A stretch of 64,000 nt of DNA from assembly GCF_009914755.1 (NCBI RefSeq), contig NC_060936.1, one strand, 5' to 3'. This document shows positions 42,915-57,872 of this stretch, in pieces. Below the pieces are notes generated by a model. That model was not told where the DNA came from, did no database searches, and was given only the letters and a program-made list of their open reading frames with translations. Each line of letters opens with the position of its first letter. The first letter of the stretch is position 1. The stretch comes from the human T2T-CHM13v2.0 reference genome, Homo sapiens. The position numbers and the translations under genes are program-made.

Positions 42915-45900
42915 TTATTATATATTTCTTAATAGACATTCCCATTGTCATTTGCCATTGCTATTCATTTACATATTACATATGAAAAAGTAAGCTGCTT
43001 TAGTTTTTGGCTGTTTTGCTGCCTGTTTCTAGAATTTACCAGAGGGAGTGTGTTAGAATGAAAGGATAGCTGGGTTGGAAGTGGAGGTCTTGGTTTCTAA
43101 CTGGCTCTTCCACCACAGACCTGCTGGGTCTGTGTTCCCACAGATAAAATAGAAAATAATGCCTGCCAAAACAACTTGACAAGGATGCAGTGAGGACCAA
43201 ATAATATATATGCAGATAAATGTAAAAGATTGCGATGTGCCTAACAAATTAAAAATATCACTCAACACATTAAAAATATTACTGTTATCAGACAACATCC
43301 TGAAAACACATAATAAAATTTAGTTTTGATTGGGTCCAGATTTAGCTAACAGCATTTGAATGTTTCTGATATTGGCCAGTTAAGTTGTGGACTCTTCAAT
43401 GTTATTATTAATTTAAGAAGCATTTGTTGAACACTTAGAAAGAGCAGGGCTTACCAAAAAAGTCAAGAGCTTCTGCCTAGGGAAGTAAAGGGAGGCCTGA
43501 TGGAAGAGGTACGTTTATGATTAATTAGTTTTTAGGATCAGCCTCATGTGAAAAAAAAAAAAAAAGGGTGGAGGGTGGGGATTGGAGGCATTTAAAAATA
43601 AAGTGCAAAATCAAATGGCCCAAGAAGGGTAAATGAGAGTTAAAAACAAGAGTTTCTGAAATGTATGTCACTAGAACCTTCATATGCTTCTGAGTGACTG
43701 ATGCAGGGAGGGGAAACGCCATTACAGGATCCACATTGCTTGTTTGGTGAAAGCCCAGCAACAGTGTGAAGAGTGTAGCAGTTTCTGGCTATTTTCTCTT
43801 AAGTTCATAGAACTAGCAAATGACTGGATCAGGTAGGATTCAGATCTAAGTTGGTATGACTTCAAAAATAAAAAGATCCTATGTTTTACATAATACAAAT
43901 ATGTAAAGTGCTTTCACATCCATGGTTGCATTTGTGTCTTGTTATCAGCCAAAGAGGTTAGCAAGTTTTCCGCTTCCTACAATGGCCCTCCTACCACCTC
44001 AGTATTTCTTCTATCCATCTATCCTGAAGTAACAGTAGTATATGTTTTCATAAGAGGAAATTGAAGCCCAGAGATGTCAAGTGACTTTCAACTGGCTTGG
44101 GACTTGTTTTCTGATTCTCAGACTTAAGAATTCTTAGTGTTTTTTTCAGACTTGACAGATTGCTTCCAGAAAGAGTCAGCAAAAACACATAAGGTTTTTC
44201 GATTTAGATGCTTGGGCTTATCTACTCATATAGGCTTTAATACTGAGTGCATGAATAATAACATTTGATACGTTTTTAAGCATGATGCTAATTTCTAGAA
44301 CATGACTGGGGATAAAGGGAAACTAATAGAAAAAAGTTGTGATTTATATTTAGCTTCTGCAAACTGCTTTTCAAGCCATCATTTCCAATAAGGAACTTTG
44401 TACTCCAGCCAAATTGAACTTCTTACTATAACAAGGATTTCTCTCCTTCTTATCCCTCTCTTTTCCCCTTCCTCTTCCTTTCTTCTGTACCAGTTATCCA
44501 ACTATGTACCCATCTTTCAATACCCAATTCTAACACTATATCCTTATGAAAGTTATCTTCCTTTTCCTAAGTCAAATCAACCACTCTGAATTCCCATGAT
44601 AATGACAATAACTAACTTTTACTGGATTTTTACTGTGTATCAGGGATGATTTTAAGTCACTTTTATTCTTTCATTGACTCCTCTCAACAACCTTATGAAT
44701 AAGGTACTATTAGTATCATCATTTTATAGATGAGGAAACTGAAGGAAAATTAACCTCTTCTAGAGTGACATACCTTTAAGTGGGGGCCAGGATTCCAAGC
44801 CAGAAGCTATGCTTCCTTTGTAGGGCTTTGTAGCTCTCCTGTGGATCTTTACCGTTTTATTTTGGTTGTCTGTGTCCTTATTGAGCAGGACAACTTACCA
44901 GATTTTAAGTTCAGACAGCAATTGCTCGTTCATTTGTATAATCTCTATAGCACAGTGCTTTACATCAAACAGATGCTTATAATTTTGCATCAAACAGATG
45001 CAATTATTTAGAAAACAAACATTTGTTTGTTTTCTAAATTATTGGCTGCAGGAATGAAATAACACAATGTGATGTCAAGAGATGATGTTTTTCAACCCTT
45101 ATTCAGTTTTAGCTGTTCTTGGGTTAAATACCTAGCAATTGTTTGGCCTTGGTAGTTTTAAGTAGAGTAAGCAAGTGTTAGGGCAAATGGAGAAAACAAG
45201 AACTTTGTCTCCTCACTTTGATGAAGCAGTTCTATCTGAACATCACCCTAAGTAGGTAGTCCCTGGCCCCCATTCCTTGGCTACCTAATCTTAAAATAGA
45301 ATCACAGATTCTTAGAGTTTGGAAGGACCTTAGAGATTATTTAATGTAACTCCTACATTTATATATGTGATAACCCAGTGATTTGAATCTAGTTCTTCTA
45401 ACTCCAGCCTAGTAGCAGTCTCTCCTACTAACTCCATGCACTTGTGTTTGACTGGTATAAACTGTTACTCCATTCTCTATTACATATCTGATTAAATGTT
45501 TCTGCCCTGTCTTCGTGATCTGTGCATATAAATCCATGTCAGTGTCTTTATTAAGAATATGTTTATGGCAGGGACAAGTGCCTAGCTTAAGGTCAGGTCA
45601 AAGGGCATTAATTAATGCATTTCTTGTGTTTATGATGATAAAGAGTTGAACTGAAAAGTAAGTATACCTGAGCATGCCAGAAACACCTTAAGAAATGGTT
45701 TATTCTCTGTTTAAATAACTTATTTAAATAACTCATATTTTAAACACAGAATAAACCATTTCTTAAGGTTATCTTTGTACTACATATTGCCTTTGTATTA
45801 CATATTATAGAGTTATTTTGGGGGGAATAATAGAAAGAAAAGGAAATAACCTTTAGATTCCTACTCAGACTTTTTTTTATAGGTTTGATTTCTTTGAGAT

Positions 45901-46056
45901 CTAGTATATTTCCTTTTTAAGCACTCTTTTACTCCCACTTTTTTTAAACCAGCTCAGTAACTTTTCAAGCATCATTTATTAAGGCAGGACTCTTGTAAGG
46001 GCGTGACCTCTCTCATTAAAACAAAATGTGAACTCCAGATTTCCAGGAGATAGAAG

Positions 46057-46187
46057 CAGGGAGGGACTTAGGGTGAGGCAAGCCAGGACTCAAAATTTAA
46101 GGAGGCCTTTGCAGGACTGTGAGAATGAATGTCTCCTTAACTTCTGCAGCCATGGTGCCTCCCTGCCTCACCCTTAGTCCCCGGCCA
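46057..46187. mobile_element. MER91-like hAT-Tip100 MITE
   Basis: Inverted ends agggtgaggca ... tgcctcaccct; caaaatttaaggagg. Confidence 0.7.
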
Positions 46188-47624
46188 TCTAGAAGGAGAC
46201 TCTTCAGATAATGTGGAGGTAGCTTCCCTTGATTCCTATGGCTTCACTATACTTAATTCCTAACGAATAAAACTGTTTCTCCTTTCAAATTCTGGTTCAA
46301 GTGTGGATAAAACGTGGCATCGTGGTATTTAGAAGAAGCTTTGAATTTTCCTCCTGGTGCATTTGATTGGGGTAGAAGGCTACAACCAGACCACTTGGGT
46401 TTTGCGAAGTTGAAGAACAGAACAGAAGCAACCCAGTACAGTTGATGTGGATGATAGATTTGGCCTCAGGGGAATTCTCTTCACACCCCTCTCTCTTTTT
46501 GTTCCCCTTAGCACAGTGACAGGCTGGCATTTTCAACAAGAACCCTAATAAGTATTAAAGAAGAAAGAAAACCAAAATGATTCACACTGAATATAAAAAT
46601 AAAGGCCAGCTTTCAAAGTACAGATTTATCAGGTCATGAGAAAACCCCATTGGCCCTGAAGTGCTGGTTTAACTGCATTTATGTGCGATGTCTGTCTGGT
46701 TTCCTTTGCCGCAGCTTATAACCTGCCTAATTTCCTAAAAATGGATGTGCTCTTCTCAAATGCTGGTTCCTAAACTGAGCCAAGACCAAAGGTCTGGGTC
46801 GAAAGCAGTGAGCCCCTAGGGCCTTCCTCATTGGCTTGGCAGAGAGTGGTTTTACCTTTTCTGACCACCAAGGCTCCTCTGGAGCCTCCCCAGGCCTCAG
46901 GTGGGAACCCTCCCTCCGTAAACAAAGAAGCACCCTCCCCATCACAGGCTCCCAGTAAACAATGTCATAAGCACATCTTAGGCACTTATTGGGTTAGAGC
47001 AGTTGCAGGAATGGAGCAATCAGTCATTTCTACTTCTTATGTCTTCCAGAGTCAGGTTAGCAGTCTATTAGAAACTCCATAAATTCTCTTTTAAAAATCG
47101 TAGAATCTCTTGTGATCCCTGGAATAATGAAATGAAAAAAAAAATCTTAAGAGTCACCTGTCTGGGTAGAAAGTCTACCTTTAACAGCATACTCGCATTA
47201 CATGTTTTTCACATATGCACAATATGTCTTCTAATGTCCTTTCTTCCTATGTCTTAGAAATGCAGTTTCTATTTTTATGAAGAAAGAAGTCAATGTTTGG
47301 ATAATTGAAATCTTCTTGTTACCAGCTGACCTAATGGTTATTGGTTATCTAATTCCCTTCTGCATAGATGTCAATTCATCCAAGGCCATTTCAAGCAAAG
47401 AGGTTTTTTTGTTTTGTTTTTGTTTTTTTTCAGTATAAAAATTTACGTAATGAACATTGTATAGTTCTAGTATTTCCTAGTTTGGGAAGATTTTTTCTTT
47501 TATATATTATCTATACTTGCTTTTATTTACTATTTTTCTTTATGTCAACTTTAAATCAACTCTTTTAAAAACTTAGACTCTTACTCTGACTTAATATTTA
47601 TAAAATCATAGATATGATATGCTA

Positions 47625-49079
<1,455 letters not shown>

Positions 49080-49295
49080 TAGCTGGGATTACAGGCATGC
49101 ACCCCCACGCCCGGCTAATTTTTGTATTTTTAGTAGAGACGGGGTTTCACTATGTTGGCCAGGCTGGTCTTGAACTCCTGGCCTCAAGTGATCTGCCCGC
49201 CTCAGCCTTCCAAAGTGGTGAGCTACCACACCCAGCCTGATTTTCATCATCTACGTATTTAGCTCCTACAGAAGATTTTTAAAAATAGAATACGT

Positions 49296-49613
<318 letters not shown>

Positions 49614-51825
49614 TCATGCCCATGAGAGGATCACATTCTAATATGAAAGATAGGGCCACATACAAATGACATCACATCGATCTAGAGCTGAAACATACCT
49701 CAGAAACTATCTAGTCTACCATTTTCATTTAGAGAAGACCTAAGAACATGTTCCAGAAAAATCAGTATTTTGAGGCTGTAAGTGAAATTTGTCCAGTGAG
49801 TTCAGTGGATCTCAGCATGCAGCTTTCACCTGATGCCAGTGCCATGCTCTTGGGCTTCCCAGGCTCCAGAACCATGAGCCAAATAAGTCTTTTCTTTATA
49901 AATTACCCAGTGTCTAGTATTCTGTTATAGCAACAGAAAATGGAATTACACAACTCTTATTTGAAAAAATGGGAGGCTATAATTATGAAACAATTAATGA
50001 CTTATGTGGAATTACTTCCCTTGGTTAAATTAGATCTTTACTTTCATTAACTAAAGATGATAATTTCAAAGCTTTGCTTTTTAAATTTGTTCTGCTACCT
50101 GTGAAATCATTTAAAATCAAGGAAACTAGACAACAGAAACAGTGCATTGTTATAAAGTCATGAACATCATTGTCATGTAGTTCCTTATATTTGTATACCT
50201 GAGGTACTAACCATCTAATGAGCATATTTTGTACAACAGAAGGCCTATATATTTGCAAAGACTGCTTTAACCCTGAAAAATATTTGTAGAAGGTGTATTT
50301 TTAAGGGAGTAGGTAGGAATGGAATGACTGGAGATAGGTAGGTTTGTGTCCTTTGATTTCTCCCTAGATGAAGTTGTAGGTGGAGTAAGAGGTGTATCAG
50401 GCAGTCCTTGAAGGAGGGGGCATATGAGTGCTTTGCTGAATTGGGTGAGAAGAGTGTTTAGAAAGGAAAAAGCCATGAGACAGTATTAAGTCATAAATAA
50501 ACAAGAGGACTTTGTGGGTGGAATGGAGCTGGAGTATGAAGGTGGGTGATTGAGAGTTATGCTGCAAAGAGACTCTTATCAGTGAGTAAAGAGCTTGTGG
50601 TAAGATTAGTTTAGGAGTGGCCAGAAGAGCTGTTCCTAAACTCATGTGCTCCTTGGTGTGCTCCTAAACTAAGCCCATGAAGGCTCTCCCCTAAATCTCC
50701 TGTAATACAAATAGAAAATTATTTTTGCACAAACACCTTTATTGTCACACTTGGTCCATTAATTGAGGGATATTGGTTAAACATATACTGTGTGCCAGAG
50801 TAATGTTCTAGAGTACTGGGAATGTAGGGGTGAGTGAGAAAGACACAATCCTTGCCCTCTCTGTGCTTTAATCAGTTCAGCCTTAGAAAATGAAATATTT
50901 AAGGTGAGAAGGCAAGGAAAAGGGAAGACTTAATTTTGGAGTTTTGGATTGGGTATGTGGGGGGCAGGTGGCTTTGATTAGGGAGACCAAGATGAAGGTA
51001 CTAGTGCTGTTTCTCAGTGAGTTACAGGGTTGTGGGCAAGGAAGAAGAGAAGTAGATGCCTCCTCTCTCACCTCAATCTTTCTCCTTCAGTCACTGCGTA
51101 GTTCCGTCTCTTAATATGGAAACGTTAAGATTCTTATACTTATGGGCCTTTTTCCAGAGAATGCAGAGAGCATACAGGATTTTGTCAGAGGTGCAGTTCA
51201 CCTCTGGATGTTTTCTGGAAGAGTAAATCATGTGTGAAAATTGAATAAATTAATGGACTATCAGACTTGCTGTTTGCTTTTTTCCAGTATAAGCTTTGTG
51301 TCTTTGAGACTATGGTAGGAGTGTATGACTTCCTGGCTAGGATGTCAGTTTAATTTGTTTGTGCTTCTATACGATAGTTACAGTGTTGTCAGAAAGCATT
51401 GAGGAAGTTTTAAAATCATAATTTAGTTTTATCTAATCCTGTAATGAATAGAATCCTATGAATAATTCAAATAACTAGAAAAGCTAAAATTTCCCAAATA
51501 TGTATTTTATACAGCTCTTTTTCAGTGTATAATTGAAAAACAATTTAAATTTTAATCAGTGGGTTTTTTTTTAATGACAAGGGGTTATGATTGATTTTTA
51601 GTAGTTATTTTGTTTTCTAGAATAAATTTATATGAAATTTAATATATCAAGTAAAATTCATTGTTAGGGAAGCTATTACTTAAATTATGATATAGCCACA
51701 TAATTGAATACCATGCAGTCATTAAAAAGAATGATGTGGATCTCTGTGTTTGACCTGGAAAGAGTTCTGTAACATTGTTAAATTTGGATACAGTAGATAT
51801 TATGAAAACTATATAATTAAAAACG

Positions 51826-52122
51826 TATTTATTCATTTATTTAATTATTTAGAGACAGGGTCTCACTCTGTTGCCCCAGCTGGAGTGCAGTGGCTCACTT
51901 CAACCTCTGCCTCCTGGGTTCAAGCAATTCTCGTGCCTCAGCCTCCTGAGTAGCTGGGATTACAGGAGTATGCCACCACAGCTGGCTAATTTTTGGATTT
52001 TTAATAGAGACAGATTTTTACCATGCTGGCCAGGCTTGTCTCAAACTACTGACCTCAAGTGATCAGCCCACCTTGGCTTCCCAAAGTGCTGGGATTACAG
52101 GTGTGAACCACCACATCCAGCC
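51826..52122 (-). mobile_element. Alu
   Basis: Dimer. Confidence 0.88.
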
Positions 52123-52339
52123 ATAAAAACTTTAAATGTTAGAATGGAATATTACCTAGAGAAGTTCTACTACTTGGAATAGATCTCTTCTAACAAACAT
52201 TGCTTATGGCTTTATAATTCATAATCCAAGGGTGGCTTTTTCATCCTTACATTTAACTTTTTTGAAAATAAGTTAACATGAAAACTAGAATTGAGTTAGG
52301 GAGGCTCTGTAGCTCCCGTTTCCATGAAGAGTCTCTTCT

Positions 52340-52637
52340 GGCTAGGCACGGTGGCACTCGCCTATAATCCCAGCATTTTGGGAGGCTGAGGCAGAAGGAT
52401 AGTTTGAGGCCAGGAGTTTGAGACCAGCCTGGGTAGCATAGCCAGATGCTGTCTCTACAAAAAATTTAAAAAATTAACCAGGCATGGTGGTGCACACCTG
52501 TAGTGTCCTAGCTACTGAGGAGGCTGAGGTGGGAGGATTGCATGAACCCAGGAGTCTGAGGTTACAACATGTGCCTCTGCACTCCAGCCTGGGCAACAGA
52601 GTGAGACCTGTGTCAAAAAAAAAAAAAAAAAAAAAAA
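52340..52637 (+). mobile_element. AluJ
   Basis: Diverged dimer. Confidence 0.88.
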
Positions 52638-53288
52638 GTCTAATCTATAATTGTACCATTTTTGGAAAGGGATACCTGGAAGGAAGTTGTTCTGCTGTGC
52701 CTGGCCAAATAAATCCCAGCCTGTTTGCAGGGATAACAAGTTAGAAAAAAAGTGAGAAAATGCAACCTATTTAATCGCTTTCACCTAGGAATGGAGGTGG
52801 TGACCAAAGGAAAAAGAGAAGATAGGTCTGGCTCCTGAGGCCTTGGGAAGACTGGGAAAACTTGGAAGGATTTGGGAAGAATTGGAAAAGGAGTGAACCA
52901 AATATTGGCAGATCATTGTGCCTTTCTGGGTTTAAAGGAAAGACTCTTGTGGCTGGCACCATTTCCTGTGGCTCACTGCTACTTGAAAGTGTATTGTGTG
53001 AGGGGGAAAGTGCTTATCAGCAGGTTTGATGGAATAGGGAGTTTGTGAAGATTTCAGGTGAAAAGTTCCATTCAGTCTGTGTGGCCTGTGGTAGGATAAA
53101 TCTCATCGAAGGGCAAGTCGGAAGACCCGATCTAGTTCCTGGACCCAGCCTAAGTGCTTGCCTTGATGTAAATTATCACTCCTCCGTATGTTTCACTTTC
53201 ATCTTTAATAAAAAGAATATGATAATAACTGCCCTATCTCTGTGGATTTCTGTATTAATTGAAATAATACATTAGAAATGCTGTTTAT

Positions 53289-53590
53289 CAGCTGGGTGTG
53301 GTGGCTCACGCCTGTAATCCCAGCACTTTGGGAGGCTGAGGCAGGTGGATCATTTAAGGTCAGGAGTTGGAGACCGGCCTGGGCAACATGGCAAAACCCT
53401 GTCTCTACCAAAAATACAAAAATTTAGCTGGGTGTGGTGGCGTGCGCCTGTAATCTCAGCTACTTTGGGAGGTTGAGGGGGAGGATCACTTGGGCCTGGG
53501 AGGCGGATGTTGCAGTGAGCCAAGATCCTTTACTGCACTCCAGCCTGGGCGACAGAGCGAGACCCTGTCTCAAGAACAAAAAAAGGAAAG
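53289..53590 (+). mobile_element. Alu (S/J)
   Basis: Dimer. Confidence 0.88.
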
Positions 53591-54221
53591 AAAAGAAGTG
53601 CCCTTTGTTGTACTGTTGAAGATCACATTACCTTTGCAATATTATCTCTTGTAAATTACCTGTTCCAGGAACATGGATCTAGTCACTGACTCCAGTAAAC
53701 CTTTCACTTTCAGTCAGAAACTTTGGTTTCTGCCTAGACTTCCTCTCTTCTCTGTTTACATTCCCAGTCTCTCCCTATTTAAACGCCTCTAGTATCCTAA
53801 TGAAGCACTTTTAAACTGGTGAACAGTCTTCATTTCCCTTTTCTAAATTAAGAGCGGGATATAATTTGGGGTAGAGTCACCACCAGTTGTGGTGTAAGGG
53901 TTAATCAAATTTATTTCAGTATGAATTTCTGTTAATACCTGACCATGAGACCTGCCTGTAGCTAGTTTCTCAGATCAGAGGTCAGAATTAAGCTTTCAAT
54001 GTTGACTTTTAGAGTTCTCCTTGAGAAGATCCAGATTTTCAGTATAAAGAGTTACATAGAGAAATGGAAGATCCCTCTGACATTTTGTCATTACAGAAAT
54101 TTTAATAACTTCAATGTCCAATTTTACATATGTTTGACGTGTAACTTTGCTTTCCTTCAATCATCAAAATTAAAAACAATTTTTCATAGTAGAAAAAATG
54201 GGTAAGAATTTGCTAGTTTGA

Positions 54222-55032
54222 TATGGTCAACTAATTTTTGATAAGGGCCCCAAGAGGACACAATGGGGAAAGGATAGTCTCTTCAATAAATAATGCTGGG
54301 AAAATGATTTCCATAGGCCAAAAGAATGAAATTGGACCTTATATTACACTGTATACAAAAATAAACTCAAAATGGATAAAATACCTAAATATAAGAACAA
54401 AAACTGTAAAACTATACCCAAAGGAAATGAAATCATCGCCGTAAAAAGATACTTGCACTCCCATGATCATTGTAGCATTATTCACAATAGCCAAAATACA
54501 GAAACAGCCTAAGTGTCTGTTAACATATGAATGGATAAAGAAACTGTAGTATGCACAATGGAATATTACTGAGCCCTAAAGAACAAAATCTTGCCATTTA
54601 CCACAACATGGATGAGCCTGGGAGACATTATGCTAAGTGAAATAAGCCAGACACAGAAAGAGAAATATGGTATGATCTTGATCTCGCGTATACACAGAAT
54701 CTGAAAAAAAAATTCAGAGATAGAGAATGAAACTGGTTATCAGGAGCAGAGGGGCATAAAGGGGAGGAAATGGGAAGAGGCAGGTCAAAGGATACATTAC
54801 AGCTTTGCAAGATGAGCAGGTCTAGAGATCTTATGTACAACCTGAGGGGTATAGGTTAAAAAAATTGAACTGTAAAATGAATAGATTTTAGCTGCTCTTG
54901 CCACAAAAACAAAAAAATGGGTAACTATGTGAGATGATGGATATGTTAATTTGCTTCAGTTTAGTACCGTTTCCATCTATCTACATATCCCATAACATCA
55001 TGTTGTATACATAATAAAATTTATCTTTAAAA
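54222..55032 (+). mobile_element. L1MA-type element, 5'-truncated and internally deleted, with ~18-bp TSD
   Basis: ORF2-like [20 protein letters not shown]; L1MA 3' UTR; aagaattt(g/a)ctagtttga at 54204-54221 and 55033-55050. Confidence 0.85.
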
Positions 55033-55245
55033 AAGAATTTACTAGTTTGAAAAGAATTTACTAGGTTAACAGAATTGTTCTCTGTAAGACACTTTGGGAT
55101 TCTTTCAAAAGATTCTGGGTGGGATGTGTTGTTTTTCATTTTTGTACTGTCGTGATGACTGCTTAGTTTTGTTTGCCCTTTCTTAAATTGTTTCACAGTT
55201 TCCAAGATAAACTTTTAAGAACGTGCTCACTGGAACTGAATATGA

Positions 55246-55546
55246 TATTTTATTTATTTTATTTTTCAAGACAGGGTCTCGCTCTGTCACCCAGGCTGGA
55301 GTACAGTGGCACTCACTGCTCACTGCACCCTCGACTTCCCCAGGCTTGGGTGATCCTCCCACCTCAGCCTCCTGAGTAGCTGGGACTACAAGTGTACACC
55401 GCCGCACCAGGCTAATTTTTATATCTTTTGTAGAGATGGGGTTCACCATGTTGCCCAGGCTGGTCTTGAACCCCTGGGCTTAAGCAATCTGCCCACCTTG
55501 GCCTCCCAAAGTGCTAGGATTATAGGTGTGAGCCGCCGAACCTGGA
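55246..55546 (-). mobile_element. AluJ
   Basis: Diverged dimer. Confidence 0.88.
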
Positions 55547-55559
55547 CTGTGATTTTCTG

Positions 55560-56950
55560 CTTACTACTAGTTTTCATTGATTTAATTACGATGTGCCTTG
55601 ATGGGTGTTTAAAAAATATTTATTCTGTTTGGGGTTTGTTGAGCTTCTTGGACATGTAGGTTTATAGATTTCATCAACTTTGGACATTTTTCATCATTTA
55701 TTTCTTCTTATATTTTTCGTGCCCCATCCGCTCTTTTCTCTTTCTAAGACTCTAGTTACATATGTGCTAGACTGCTTTCTGTTGTCCCACCACTCGCCGA
55801 TGCACAGTTCAATTATTTTTAGTCGTTTTTCTTTCGTCATTTTGGATAGTTTCCATTGGTACATGCTTATTGATCTTTTCTTCTGTGGTGTTTAATATGC
55901 TGTTAATCTCACCCAGTTTATTTTACAATTCAAATATTGTAATTTTCATTTCTGGAGATTTCACTTGAGTCTTTTCTTCCATTTCTGTTTATAATTTTCC
56001 TGTTTTCCTCTACTTTCTTGAACATGTGGAGCATATTTATAATAACTATTTTGATATCCTCATCTGCTAATTCTATTACTTCTGTTCATATTGATTCTGA
56101 TTGTATTCTGATTATATGGATTTTACTTCTAGTTGTCAATTATATTCTCCTGCTTCTTTGCATGACTGGTAATTTTTTACTGAATGCCAAACCTTGTGAA
56201 TTTTACCTTTGGGATACTAGATTTTTTTCCCCTAAGATGTACTTTATGATGGCTGTAGTTAAGTTGCCAGGAATTACTTGGATCCTTTTGAGGCTGGATT
56301 TTAAGTTTTGTTAGGGCTGTCCAGAGAAGCCTTCAGTCTAGGGTTAATTTATGCCTGCTGGTAAGGCAGTACACTTCTGAGAACTTTACCCAATGCCCCA
56401 AGTATTAATGAGGCTTTCTGCTTTGCCTGGTGGGAACATGAATGTCCCAGCCATGTATGAGCTTTGAGAATTGTCTGACCTTCAACATTGCAGTGCTTCT
56501 CTCCCTGGCCTTTGTTAGTTTCATCTCATTCAGGCACAGATGAGTTCTCAGCCGAAGACGGAAAGATACCCTTCCGTAAGACGTCCACAACTTATGCTCC
56601 TCTCTCTGTGCAGCTCTGTCCTCTCAGGCACTCTGCCTCACAAATCCTAATTGCCTTGACCTTCCTGAACTTTGTGTTTCTCTTAAACACAGCATGATTG
56701 CTGGACTCTGTTCTGGTCATGGGACCTGCACTGTGGCCTGGAAACTGACTCTGGGAAGTTAGCTGGAGCAGTCGCAGGGCTCATCTCATTTGTTTCCCTT
56801 CTGTGAGGGATCACAAGCCTGCACTGCCTGTAATGTTTGAAAACTGTTTTTTGTTTTTTGTTTTTTTAAAAATATATTTTATTGCCTTTCTAGTTATATA
56901 AGGTGGGAGAGCAAATCTAGTCCCTGATACTCCATTGTGAATGGAAGCAG
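55560..56950 (-). mobile_element. Ancient L1M-type fragment
   Basis: T-rich strand with gtttgttgagcttcttgga..., typical of reverse-strand old L1 5'/ORF1 regions. Confidence 0.55.
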
Positions 56951-57316
56951 AGGTTGGCAGTTGGCCCCTAAGGTCTTTTTTCACAGCAAAAATTTAACTG
57001 AGTAATTTCAAATCTGTGGCATAATGCATAGTATTATATTAAAAGAGCCATGGATGTAAGAATCAAGATCAGGATCCTAATCCTTACTCAGTTGTTTAAC
57101 TTTGTGTTTCTTACATTGTGGACTTCTGTGACCCTCTACCTAGATGACTTAAAGCAGTTAATTTGATTTCTCAATTTAATTCGCATCTGTAGAATGAGGG
57201 TTAGAAATGTTCTTTATAACACACGGGGTGCTACAAAGTGTGAAGCCTTAGGTTGAGCTATTTTCAGAAAGCTTATTATCACTTAACAATCTTTATTTTA
57301 TTTACATTTTTTATAG

Positions 57317-57464
57317 GCACCATACTGGACATACCTTTTATGTGCACTGGGACTTTTTATTTACCAGTCACTGGATGCTATTGATGGGAAACAAGCCAGA
57401 AGAACAAACTCTTGTTCCCCTTTAGGGGAGCTCTTTGACCATGGCTGTGACTCTCTTTCCACAG
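57317..57464 (+). CDS. CHPT1: CHPT1 exon 2, catalytic motif ([49 protein letters not shown])
   Basis: tatag| ... cag|gtaaat, 148 nt; CDP-alcohol phosphotransferase motif DxxDGxxAR(x8)GxxxDxxxD. Confidence 0.97.
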
Positions 57465-57730
57465 GTAAATTAGTGGAGTTTTTTATTTTTTTATGATACC
57501 TTAAAAATAAAATGAACTGAGCTGTTTGGTCAGTTTTTTGGATGGATATACATTTGGGAGCAAATGTATGGAGTTGTTTAAAAAGTATGTCAAGAATTCA
57601 TTTTGATAAGTGTACTTTATTTTAATGCCATGATTATTTCCTTAGAGCTCTGTATTTCTAAACAGCATAGGGCAATTATTTCATAAATTATTTTTAATTC
57701 TTAATGATTCTTAAACTTTGTTTCTTTCAG

Positions 57731-57872
57731 TATTTATGGCAGTGGGAGCTTCAATTGCCGCTCGCTTAGGAACTTATCCTGACTGGTTTTTTTTCTGCTC
57801 TTTTATTGGGATGTTTGTGTTTTATTGCGCTCATTGGCAGACTTATGTTTCAGGCATGTTGAGATTTGGAAA
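57731..57872 (+). CDS. CHPT1: CHPT1 exon 3 ([48 protein letters not shown])
   Basis: ttcag| ... |gtaagt, 142 nt, in frame. Confidence 0.96.
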
